From: Candidatus Sericytochromatia bacterium | GTDB taxonomy: Bacteria; Cyanobacteriota; Sericytochromatia; UBA7694 | Direction of reading: 5' to 3' | NCBI GenBank assembly: GCA_018780035.1 | Contig: JADMKE010000014.1 | Coordinates: 137,271 to 173,657 of the forward strand | DNA: 36,387 nt | Shown: piece by piece, positions 16,547 through 24,675 of the stretch | Layout: the number at the start of each line of letters is the position of its first letter | Numbering within the stretch: the stretch's first letter is position 1 | Position numbers and translations under genes: made by a program | The notes under the pieces: model-generated | What the model saw: only the letters and a program-made list of their open reading frames with translations | Databases searched by the model: none | Told to the model about the DNA's origin: nothing

Positions 16547-17176
16547 CTAACGGCGGAGTTGGACCTGTTGCCCTTGCATGGCATCAATCATCAGTGGTGG
16601 CATGGGCGCCATCTGAGGGATCTTCCAAACCAAGCGCTGATCCAGCATCTGCAATTCAAGCGGAGAGACCGGATAGGCCACAAACTCTGAATAACTGCGG
16701 GCCTTTTTTAAGACCGCAGAACTGTCATAGGTCCAAGCTCTGACTGCGAGGGGCTCTAATCCGGACAAAGTCCCGGCATTGATCTCTTGAGAGCCCATTT
16801 GCAAATGTTCGCTGCGGGAAAAAACCCGGAAGGCCTTGCCTGGGCGATTGGGCGAGACAAAAGAGATCGTCCAGCTGGCATCGATGGGAGTGTCATTGAG
16901 ACCATTGGCAGAGATAAACCGGCCTTCAAGCGAAACAGGTTCGGCTTGGGGAGACCAGCGCAGCGCCAGTTCCTCGGCCTTGGCAAAAATATCTTTGGCT
17001 GTGCCAATGGTGGTCCGGGTCGCGGATTGAGGTGCCGATTGACGTTGAAGCTGGACAGGTGGATTGCCAACAGGGGCAAAAGCAGGTGCAGAACTACATG
17101 AAACCAGTAAAAGCGCAGTGAGTGGGATCAGCCCCAAGCGAAATGGGGAGAGTAGATCGAAGCGCGCTTTTAACAT
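16547..17176 (-). CDS. Lipoprotein of unknown function (209 aa).
   Basis: The internal ATG 17176 gives 'MLKARFDLLSPFRLGLIPLTALLLVSCSSAP', a signal peptide with a lipobox. AAGGA lies upstream. The track's longer N-terminus (17305) lacks signal features. Confidence 0.6.
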   Translation of the reverse strand: MLKARFDLLSPFRLGLIPLTALLLVSCSSAPAFAPVGNPPVQLQRQSAPQSATRTTIGTAKDIFAKAEELALRWSPQAEPVSLEGRFISANGLNDTPIDASWTISFVSPNRPGKAFRVFSRSEHLQMGSQEINAGTLSGLEPLAVRAWTYDSSAVLKKARSYSEFVAYPVSPLELQMLDQRLVWKIPQMAPMPPLMIDAMQGQQVQLRR

Positions 17177-17343
17177 AAACCACAATCCTTTAAAATTTTC
17201 CGGGTGAATTAAACTTATCTTATCATAAAGCATAGATTGTTTTTCCCCTAATCTTGTCTCAAAACAGAGCCTAAATTGCGGTAAACTGCACTGAATGGTC
17301 TTCAATTAAAGCTGAAAGGCAGCCCAAACGGATCCCTTTTCTT

Positions 17344-18222
17344 ATGAAAAAAATTGGTGTGATTACCTGCAAAGATTATCCCGACTTTCAAAAAGACGAA
17401 CAATTGCTGAGCTTGGCGCTGCCTGCCGTGGGCCTCGAAGCCGAACCCGTGATTTGGGAAAACGCGGCCCAAGGCCAACACGATCTGAGTCCCTACTCAC
17501 TTTTGGTCTTTCGCTCCTGCTGGAATTACCACTACCACCAGGCCGCTTTTGATGCTTGGCTGAACGATTTAGAAGTGCAGGCCTTACCCGTTTGGAACCC
17601 CGTTTCACTCGTGCGCTGGAACTTGAATAAACGCTATCTGCTGCAATTGCAGGCCGCCGGAATCACAATTGTCCCCACCCACTTTAGCGAACCGAGTGAG
17701 TTGGATTGGGTCTCCCAGGCCCAGGCCCAAAACTGGCAAGACTATGTGATCAAGCCGATTGTCTCGGCCTGGGGGGCCAATACCTACCGGGTTAGCCGCG
17801 AAGAACTGCCGGGCTTGGAAGCAAAAATACGCCCTCAGGCCCAAACCGTGGGCCTGATGTTGCAGCCTTTTGTGCCCCAAATTGCAGAAGGCGAGTGGTC
17901 TTTGGTCTATTATAAAACCCCAGAAGGGCAGCGTTTTAGCCACGCCTTTGTGAAACGGCCCGCATTGGGGGCCTTTCTCAGCCACGAAGAATTTGGTGCC
18001 AGCTGGGCCCCTGCCGAAGCGGCCCCTTTCATGTTTGAAACCGCCGAACAGGCCCTCAGCATTTTGCCTGGCGATTGGCTCTATGCGCGCATCGATGGGG
18101 TGGTGGTCGGACAGCAATTTTGGATCATGGAGCTGGAGGTCTTTGAACCCAGCCTCTATTTGGCCGCCGATCCAGGTGCCCCAGGCCGCTTGGCCCAGGC
18201 CTTGGCAACCCGTTTGGCTTAG
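17344..18222 (+). CDS. Hypothetical protein, possibly an ATP-grasp fold enzyme (RimK/glutathione-synthetase-like).
   Basis: ATG is at 17344. The order and spacing of motifs suggests ATP-grasp: '[17 protein letters not shown]', '[18 protein letters not shown]', 'GEWSLVYY', '[14 protein letters not shown]'. This was not verified. It lies 14 bp upstream of ybaK. Confidence 0.5.
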   Translation: MKKIGVITCKDYPDFQKDEQLLSLALPAVGLEAEPVIWENAAQGQHDLSPYSLLVFRSCWNYHYHQAAFDAWLNDLEVQALPVWNPVSLVRWNLNKRYLLQLQAAGITIVPTHFSEPSELDWVSQAQAQNWQDYVIKPIVSAWGANTYRVSREELPGLEAKIRPQAQTVGLMLQPFVPQIAEGEWSLVYYKTPEGQRFSHAFVKRPALGAFLSHEEFGASWAPAEAAPFMFETAEQALSILPGDWLYARIDGVVVGQQFWIMELEVFEPSLYLAADPGAPGRLAQALATRLA

Positions 18223-18236
18223 CGCGAGCTCTGACC

Positions 18237-18713
18237 ATGGCTTCACCCAAAACCAACGCAGCAAGGATTCTCGACCAACTCGGAATCGCCTACGATTTGC
18301 TCAGTTACGCCGTCGATGAAAGCGATTTAAGCGCCCCCGCTGTGGCCCAGAAAATTGGGATCGAAGCGGCCCAGACCTTTAAAACCCTGGTGGGCAAAGG
18401 CGACAAAACCGGGGTGATCATGGCCTGCCTGCCGGGCGATGCCGAACTCAACCTCAAGGCCCTGGCTGCTGCCAGCGGCAATAAACGGGTCGAACTGGTG
18501 GCCCTCAAAGAGATTCAGCCCTTGACCGGGTATATCCGGGGCGGGGTCTCACCGCTCGGGGCGAAAAAGGCCTATCCGGTTTTGATTGATGAGCTGGCGC
18601 AGGTATTTGATCGCATTGCCGTCAGTGCCGGACAGCGCGGCCTGCAGCTCTTTTTGCAGCCGGAAGATCTTCGCAGGGCCTGCCACGGCGTCTGGGCGGC
18701 CCTGAGCCAATAG
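18237..18713 (+). CDS. ybaK: Cys-tRNA(Pro)/Cys-tRNA(Cys) deacylase YbaK.
   Basis: The 158-aa protein contains '[16 protein letters not shown]...[22 protein letters not shown]...[11 protein letters not shown]', a strong match to YbaK/EbsC. Confidence 0.85.
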   Translation: MASPKTNAARILDQLGIAYDLLSYAVDESDLSAPAVAQKIGIEAAQTFKTLVGKGDKTGVIMACLPGDAELNLKALAAASGNKRVELVALKEIQPLTGYIRGGVSPLGAKKAYPVLIDELAQVFDRIAVSAGQRGLQLFLQPEDLRRACHGVWAALSQ

Positions 18714-19721
18714 GGCATTGCTGAGTCTGAGCAAGCTGCGCAGGCCCCGGCTGGCCCAATCGGGGCGGGTTGTGAGCAGCGTCTCGCGGCGCAGGGCCCC
18801 GAGCCAGTCGGCAGGCGTGAGCGCGTGGTGCATGCCATCGAGGGAAAAAATTTGAATTTCACTCACCCCGGCCTGCCGGGCCGCTTCGCAGTCTGCGGCC
18901 AATTCAGCGGGATCGTGGTACCCCGACTCACTCAATTTGCCCACGGTGCCCACCACGCCCAAAGCCGCCTGCAAGGGCTGTTGAAAGCATTTTCGCGCGT
19001 CTTCAAAATAGCCTTTGACAAAGTGCGGTGAGAGCGAAAAACCAAGCAAATCGCGAAAGCTGCTGCGGTAGGTCATCAGTGAAAGGGCATCCCAATTGAC
19101 CCCTGTGACGGGCAATTGCAAAAGTTCCTGAAAACAGGTATTGCCCGCTTGGGCATCTTCGACCACCAGGGGATAGGTCACGGCCCAGGCCTGGGTACCA
19201 CGCTGGTGCAATTCGTGAATCAGGCGATTAAAGACCTCCCGCGCGGCAGCCAATTTGAGGGCCCGCTGGCTTTGGCGCAAATGGGCCCAGAGCGCAGGCA
19301 AGTGGCGCTGCAATAAGAGCTGACGCAGATGTAAACTGTCAGCCAAAGAGGGTTCTAGATCTGCAATCAAAACTGGCAGGGGCAATTTTTCGGCATCGAT
19401 CCAGTCCATCAAACGGTGGGCCGTCTGAGCAAAGATCTCAGCATTGCCAGCATGGGGCCAATAGCCCTGGGCATCAGGCAAGAGCAGCCAGGCCCGCACG
19501 GGCACCTCCAGCAGCGCGGCTTGGAGCAAGAGAGCCCGCAATTCAGGGCTGGCGATTTGGCTTGAAGGAATCGCCAAATTGAGGGCCAGTGCGTGTTTGC
19601 GCAAAAGAGGCAGATCACCGGCCACCCAATGATAGGGCATGAATTCGGCCCAGAGGGCATACGCAGGGTTCATCTGGTCTTGTGCCTTTAATTTGCCTTT
19701 AAACAGGGTGATCTTTTGCAT
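18549..19721 (-). CDS. Hypothetical protein (390 aa). Its 3' end overlaps ybaK convergently by 165 nt.
   Basis: It is a long ORF with an ATG start and no recognisable motifs. Codon usage matches the neighbours. The overlap with ybaK suggests either a genuine convergent overlap or an extended 3' end. Confidence 0.5.
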   Translation of the reverse strand: MQKITLFKGKLKAQDQMNPAYALWAEFMPYHWVAGDLPLLRKHALALNLAIPSSQIASPELRALLLQAALLEVPVRAWLLLPDAQGYWPHAGNAEIFAQTAHRLMDWIDAEKLPLPVLIADLEPSLADSLHLRQLLLQRHLPALWAHLRQSQRALKLAAAREVFNRLIHELHQRGTQAWAVTYPLVVEDAQAGNTCFQELLQLPVTGVNWDALSLMTYRSSFRDLLGFSLSPHFVKGYFEDARKCFQQPLQAALGVVGTVGKLSESGYHDPAELAADCEAARQAGVSEIQIFSLDGMHHALTPADWLGALRRETLLTTRPDWASRGLRSLLRLSNALLAQGRPDAVAGPAKIFRLQKELQAALSGTDGNAIKYLRQLINQNRIGLFRPER

Positions 19722-19804
19722 GATAGACGCTTTTTTGAGAATTTGGCAAAAAAGCAGGTCCTGGGGACTTGAAATTTATTTCAATTGTGACCTACAATAC
19801 AAAT

Positions 19805-20302
19805 ATGCATACACTTAAACACAGCTATTTAGAAGATCCTTCTTTTGAGACTGCTTTAAAGACCTATGCACCTCAGGCCACCCCTGCGCCTGAGTGGGTC
19901 CCTTTTGCCTGGGAAGGGGAAAAACCAACTGTCGCTGAGCTGGAAAGCCACCTGACAGAATTGGAAGGGCGAATCGACAGAGGGCAGGCCCTGATTCAGG
20001 CCTACCGTGAAGCCCACCAAGGCACCGACAATCTGCGACTGATGCGCCAATTGCAAAAGCTGCGTCGGGAAAAGGCCCACGTTCAGCAACAATTGGACGT
20101 CTTGGCGTCCCAACGCCCCCTCGATTTTCAGGCTGAATTGCGCAAACGTGCCCAAGCGGCCTACCAGGCACTGCTTGAAATGAATCTGCAGCGCGAATAC
20201 GATACCCCGCGCTATTTAGAACAGGAAGAAATTGTCAGACGCTATATGCGGGAGCACGAGGAGGGCTTCGCAGAACTCTGCGATTTCGCCGGAACGCTTT
20301 AG
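19805..20302 (+). CDS. Hypothetical coiled-coil protein.
   Basis: ATG is at 19805; the track's TTG at 19769 gives a longer form. The central region is Glu/Arg/Gln/Leu-rich and predicted helical. No known motif was found. Confidence 0.45.
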   Translation: MHTLKHSYLEDPSFETALKTYAPQATPAPEWVPFAWEGEKPTVAELESHLTELEGRIDRGQALIQAYREAHQGTDNLRLMRQLQKLRREKAHVQQQLDVLASQRPLDFQAELRKRAQAAYQALLEMNLQREYDTPRYLEQEEIVRRYMREHEEGFAELCDFAGTL

Positions 20303-20338
20303 CGCGCTATACTGGGAGAAAAATTCCCTGGAGCCGCC

Positions 20339-21112
20339 ATGTTGATTCGGTCTATTCCCTGTCTCCAAGACAATTACGCCTATTTATTGCGCTGTGAACA
20401 AACCGGCCAAACGGCTGTAATTGACCCCTCTGAGGCCTTACCCGTGCTCAAAGCCCTGCAAAAAGAGGGCTTGTCTTTACATGCCATTTTAAATACCCAC
20501 CACCACGGCGACCACACCGGCGGCAACAGTGAATTGCTGCGCCATTTTCCTGGCATTCCGGTCTATGGCCATGGCTCCGACCAAGGGCGAATCGCCGGAC
20601 AAACCCATTTTCTCGCCGCCGGTGAGGTCTTTGAACTGGGCAAGCTCTCGATTCAGGCCTTACACAATCCAGGTCACACCCACGGGGCCGTTTCTTACGC
20701 CGTGCATGACGCCCTGTTTACGGGAGACACACTCTTTGGCGCAGGCTGCGGCCGGGTCTTTGAAGGCACCCCAGCCCAAATGTATCACTCCCTGAACCAG
20801 GTGATTGGCGCTTGTCCAGAAAATACCCGGCTCTTTTTTGGCCACGAATACACGCGCAAAAATCTGGAATTCGCCTTACACGTCGAGCCAGAAAACCCGG
20901 CCATCGCCGACCGTTTAGCAGCCATTACAGCCCTGCTTCAAAGCGGAAATTTTTCGACGCCTTCCGAACTGGGTTTGGAGCGTTTGACCAATCCCTTTTT
21001 GCGCTGTGAAGTCCCGGCGGTCCAAGCCTTTGTCAAGCGCATCGAAGCCGAAAACCCACTCACACCTGTAGAGGTCTTTCGGGTTTTGCGGGCCCAAAAA
21101 GATCGGTTTTAG
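20339..21112 (+). CDS. gloB: Hydroxyacylglutathione hydrolase (glyoxalase II).
   Basis: Metallo-beta-lactamase motifs are present: 'LNTHHHGDHTGGN', 'ALHNPGHTHGA' and 'FTGDTLF'. The C-terminal HAGH domain is present. GGAG lies 7 nt upstream. Confidence 0.9.
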   Translation: MLIRSIPCLQDNYAYLLRCEQTGQTAVIDPSEALPVLKALQKEGLSLHAILNTHHHGDHTGGNSELLRHFPGIPVYGHGSDQGRIAGQTHFLAAGEVFELGKLSIQALHNPGHTHGAVSYAVHDALFTGDTLFGAGCGRVFEGTPAQMYHSLNQVIGACPENTRLFFGHEYTRKNLEFALHVEPENPAIADRLAAITALLQSGNFSTPSELGLERLTNPFLRCEVPAVQAFVKRIEAENPLTPVEVFRVLRAQKDRF

Positions 21113-21121
21113 GCTTAAGTC

Positions 21122-23539
21122 ATGCCAGAAAGTACAGATCACGATTGGTTGGAAGCCCAAACAGCCTGGGAAGCCGGCCTGTTCGACAAAGCCCGGCTCA
21201 AGCTCGAAAAGAGACTCAATCGCCATCCCCAAGATACATCCACACTTGCCTTATTGGGTCAGGTTGCTCAGGCCCAGCACCACTGGAAAGAGGCCCGTCG
21301 CCACTTTGAACAGGCCCACGAACTGGCCCCCGCAAACCCAGAATATACCCACTTATTGGCCCAGTGGTTTGTCGCTCGCCAAGGTTTCCCAGAGGCCGAA
21401 GCCCTTTATGCCGCTTTTTTGACCGCTTACCCAGCCCATCCTTCCCTGCGGGTCGAATACGCCGCGCTATTGGGGGCCAGAGGAGCCCTCAACGAGGCAG
21501 AAACCCAACTCAAAACCTGTTTGGCCGACTTTCCCGATCAGCTCGATGCCTGGCTGCTCTACGGCAATCTGGCAGCGGCCATGGGCCAATTCAAGACCGC
21601 TGAAAACGCCTACCAAGAAATTATCTCCCGCCAGCCAAAATTGCCCGAGGTCTATCGCCGCAGGGGTCAACTCGCGCTGATGCAAGGCCTCCCAGAACAG
21701 GCCTTGCCCCAGTTTGAACAGGCCCTGGAACTGGATCGTGACGATGCCGAAAGCTGGAGCAATCTCGGCGCCGTCAAGCTGATGATGGCCCAAACCCCAG
21801 CGGAACGGGGTGAGGCGATCCGGGCCTGCATGCAGGGCCTGCTGCGCGACAACCGCAACCCGCAGATTCTCGCCAATATTGGCCTGGGCTTTTTCCAAAT
21901 GGAACTTTATCCCGAAACCCTCTTTTATCTTGATCAGGCGCGCAGCCTTGATCCGCAATTGCAGATCGGGGATTTTGAATTGGGGATGTCTCTGCTCAAA
22001 ATCGGCAAAGCCGGTCACGCTTTGGAATATTTGCAAAACTGCCAGACCGCCGCAGAAGAACCCCCCGAAAATCTGGCCCAGGTGGCCGCTTGGCTGGGGT
22101 ATATCCGGGCCCAACAGGGGGATCTGGTTCAGGCCCAAAAAGACTATTTGGCCCTGGAGACCTGCGATCCCCACCAAGGCGGAAAATGGCTAGCGGCATC
22201 GCTCTTGCCGCCGGTGGCGGCCTCAGAATCGGCCTGGCAAGACTATGCCTTGCATTACCGCCGGGCCCTGGCCAAATTGCAGCAGGCCCCAGCATTTAAA
22301 CTCAAACAGATGCCCGTGGACATGCCTGGCCTGTTTTGGGCCTACCAGAGCGACAATGTCAGACCCGAGCAAGAAATCCAAGCCCAGCTCTGGCAACGAG
22401 CCCTACAAGACAGGCTGTGCAGCACAAAACACAAGACACGTCCCCAAGCCCCCTGGCGGATTGGGCTGGTCTCACGCTATTTTCACAATCACTCGGTAAT
22501 GGGGGTTTTCGCCCGCCTGATTCAGGCCTTGAGCCAAGAACCCAGCTTTGAAGTCGAATTGTTTATGCTCGGCCCCAGTGGCGAAGATGCCACCACCGCC
22601 TTTTTGAGCCGCCTGTCGCTCAAGCGGCATTTCCTCGGTGGCCAAGACTTAGATCAGATCAACAAAGCGATTCTCAGCCGCGAGTTGGATGTCTTGCTCT
22701 ACCCGGAGTTGGGCATGGACCCGTTGACCTTTGCCCTGGCCTGTTCGCGCCTGGCCCCTTACCAAGCCGTCTTATCTGGGCACCCGGTCACAACAGGCCT
22801 CAACACCATCGACAGCTATCTTTCCAGCCGCTGGCTTGAACCGGCTGAAAATGCCCAGGCCGCTTATAGCGAAAAGTTAATCTGTCTGGACGAATTACTG
22901 CCGGATTTTCCCTTTCCCACTCTGCCCAGCCAAAACAAAAGCCGCTCTGAACTGGGCCTGAAGCAGAAACGCGTTTATCTCTGCCCGATGATGTTATTTA
23001 AGCTGCACCCGGCCATGGATGCCGTCTTTGCTGAAATTTTGGCCCGCGACCGCGAAGGGGAGATTGTCTTTTTTCAATACCCACCTTATTCGTTGCACGA
23101 CGGCCTGGAAAAAGCCCTGATCAAACGCTGGGCCCGCAGCATTCCCCAGGCCAAACGCCTGCGTTTTTTGCCCTGGGCCTCGCGCGAAGACCTGCTGCGC
23201 CTGATTCAACACGCCGATGTGGTGCTCGACAGTTTTCCCTTTGGCGGCGGCAATACCAGCTATTTGACCCTGGCAATGGGCACACCGCTCGTGACCCTGG
23301 CTGCACCTTATTTACGCGGGCGCAGCAGCACAGGCATGTATCTGCGCATGGGTCTGCCTGAACTGCCCGCCCAGAGCCCCACTGAATATGTCGAAAAGGC
23401 CCTGAAATGGGCCAACGAACCACAGGCCCGTGCAGAGGTCAAAGCCCTGATCGAAGCCCAACGCGGCGTGCTCTTTGACAACCCAGCCGGGTCGCAGGCT
23501 TTGATTAATTTTTTGAAGAACTCCCTGGCAAGTCTTTAA
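21122..23539 (+). CDS. TPR-repeat protein fused to an O-GlcNAc-transferase-type (GT41, SPINDLY-like) glycosyltransferase domain.
   Basis: The N-terminal 400 aa hold multiple TPR repeats. The C-terminal half contains 'RIGLVSRYFHNHSVMGVF...LDVLLYPELGMDPLTFALACSRLAPYQAVLSGHPVTTGL...KLHPAMDAVFAEIL', characteristic of the GT41 catalytic domain. It lies 9 bp after gloB. Confidence 0.85.
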   Translation: MPESTDHDWLEAQTAWEAGLFDKARLKLEKRLNRHPQDTSTLALLGQVAQAQHHWKEARRHFEQAHELAPANPEYTHLLAQWFVARQGFPEAEALYAAFLTAYPAHPSLRVEYAALLGARGALNEAETQLKTCLADFPDQLDAWLLYGNLAAAMGQFKTAENAYQEIISRQPKLPEVYRRRGQLALMQGLPEQALPQFEQALELDRDDAESWSNLGAVKLMMAQTPAERGEAIRACMQGLLRDNRNPQILANIGLGFFQMELYPETLFYLDQARSLDPQLQIGDFELGMSLLKIGKAGHALEYLQNCQTAAEEPPENLAQVAAWLGYIRAQQGDLVQAQKDYLALETCDPHQGGKWLAASLLPPVAASESAWQDYALHYRRALAKLQQAPAFKLKQMPVDMPGLFWAYQSDNVRPEQEIQAQLWQRALQDRLCSTKHKTRPQAPWRIGLVSRYFHNHSVMGVFARLIQALSQEPSFEVELFMLGPSGEDATTAFLSRLSLKRHFLGGQDLDQINKAILSRELDVLLYPELGMDPLTFALACSRLAPYQAVLSGHPVTTGLNTIDSYLSSRWLEPAENAQAAYSEKLICLDELLPDFPFPTLPSQNKSRSELGLKQKRVYLCPMMLFKLHPAMDAVFAEILARDREGEIVFFQYPPYSLHDGLEKALIKRWARSIPQAKRLRFLPWASREDLLRLIQHADVVLDSFPFGGGNTSYLTLAMGTPLVTLAAPYLRGRSSTGMYLRMGLPELPAQSPTEYVEKALKWANEPQARAEVKALIEAQRGVLFDNPAGSQALINFLKNSLASL

Positions 23540-24629
23540 AACTTAAAAGTTTCAAACTGAGCTTGGTGCCCTGCCCAACTTTGCTCTGAATCTCAACGCT
23601 GGAGCGCAACAAACGGGCAATTTCGTCGCAGATACGCAAATCCATGCCTTCCAGGAGATCGCTTTCTCCACGCAGCTCTTCCAGGGCTTCGGCCACAAAA
23701 CCAGGACCATTGTCTTCTTGGCTCAACACAGACTCACGGCCTTCTTGGTACAGGCGCAAGGAAAGGGTACTGGCTGGTGGCAAATGCTGTAAGGCAAAGT
23801 GCATCCAACCATGAGACAATTCCCGCAGCAATTGGGGTTCGGCCAATACTTCATGGTCTGGATTGCAGCGCAGGCGGAGTTCAATTTGCCGAGCAGAGCA
23901 GGGCTCCATATACTGGGCCAGGATTTCGTCCAAAATGTCCCTGACATTGACCTTTTGCAGTGCGGGAAAGGGCATGAAGCGGTAATGGGCCTGGCGCAGA
24001 AGCTGATGCAAATGTTTTTGTCCCCGCTTTGCGGCAAAGAGAGCCTCTCTGAGGTATTTTTCAGGCAGACTTGGAATATCTGGCCAGGATTTTTGCAGAT
24101 TTTCCAGCCGCAAATCCATTTGCCCCAGTCCTTCGTTGAGTTCGCAAGAGAGCACCTGAAACATCTCATCTTTGGCTTGGTTAAAGCGTTTGAGTTCGTT
24201 TTCCCGGCTGTGTAAAATCAGGCTATTGCGAACCCGTGCCAAAAATTCCAGTTTATCCACAGGTTTGCGCACAAAATCGACAGCGCCCAATCCCAAGGCC
24301 CGTGACAGGTCATAACTGCGGGTCATGATGCCTGTACAAATGATTACAGGCAAATCCGCAAGCAGGGCATTTTGTTTTAATTGTTGCAGCAGGGTTAAGC
24401 CGTTCATATGGGGCATTTCCCAATCGCTGATCAGCAGATCCAACGGCTCTTGACGGGCAATTTCCAGGGCCAGCAGACCATGATTGGCCCTTAAAATTTC
24501 GAAAGGCCAGCCACTGGCGCGCAAAAATCCCTGCAGGGTTTCCAATGCACTGAGTTCGTCATCGACCAATAAAATTCGGGCCGGGGAACGGGGCCCAAAA
24601 CAGGCTGGCAAAGAATAAGACTCCGTCAT
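23505..24629 (-). CDS. Response-regulator receiver domain fused to a histidine-kinase-like region (dimerisation plus ATPase domains) in which the phospho-acceptor His is replaced by Cys. It is a probable pseudokinase or atypical signalling protein.
   Basis: The receiver reads 'ILLVDDELSALETLQGFL...DLLISDWEMPHMNGLTLL'. The H-box-like region reads 'FQVLSCELNEGL' against the consensus 'SHELRTPL'. The ATPase G1 box 'DNGPGF' and the G2-like 'GQGTKLSL' are present, but the N-box Asn is not evident. ATG 24629 has GGGAG upstream; the track start is TTG 24641. Confidence 0.8.
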   Translation of the reverse strand: MTESYSLPACFGPRSPARILLVDDELSALETLQGFLRASGWPFEILRANHGLLALEIARQEPLDLLISDWEMPHMNGLTLLQQLKQNALLADLPVIICTGIMTRSYDLSRALGLGAVDFVRKPVDKLEFLARVRNSLILHSRENELKRFNQAKDEMFQVLSCELNEGLGQMDLRLENLQKSWPDIPSLPEKYLREALFAAKRGQKHLHQLLRQAHYRFMPFPALQKVNVRDILDEILAQYMEPCSARQIELRLRCNPDHEVLAEPQLLRELSHGWMHFALQHLPPASTLSLRLYQEGRESVLSQEDNGPGFVAEALEELRGESDLLEGMDLRICDEIARLLRSSVEIQSKVGQGTKLSLKLLSFKDLPGSSSKN

Positions 24630-24675
24630 TGACGCTCCCAAATCTATCCAACAGCGTTTAATCTATCCATTTTTA

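Noticed and set aside
17605-18264. 219-aa minus-strand ORF opposite the ATP-grasp-like gene
   Set aside because: It is antisense, with no start context. The plus-strand gene has the better codon periodicity and the operon context with ybaK.
21467-22177. 236-aa minus-strand ORF and several Arg/Pro-rich ORFs (21364-21603, 21810-22193, 21996-22295) inside the TPR/OGT gene
   Set aside because: These are alternative frames of a GC-rich CDS. The plus-strand frame carries clear TPR and GT41 motifs.
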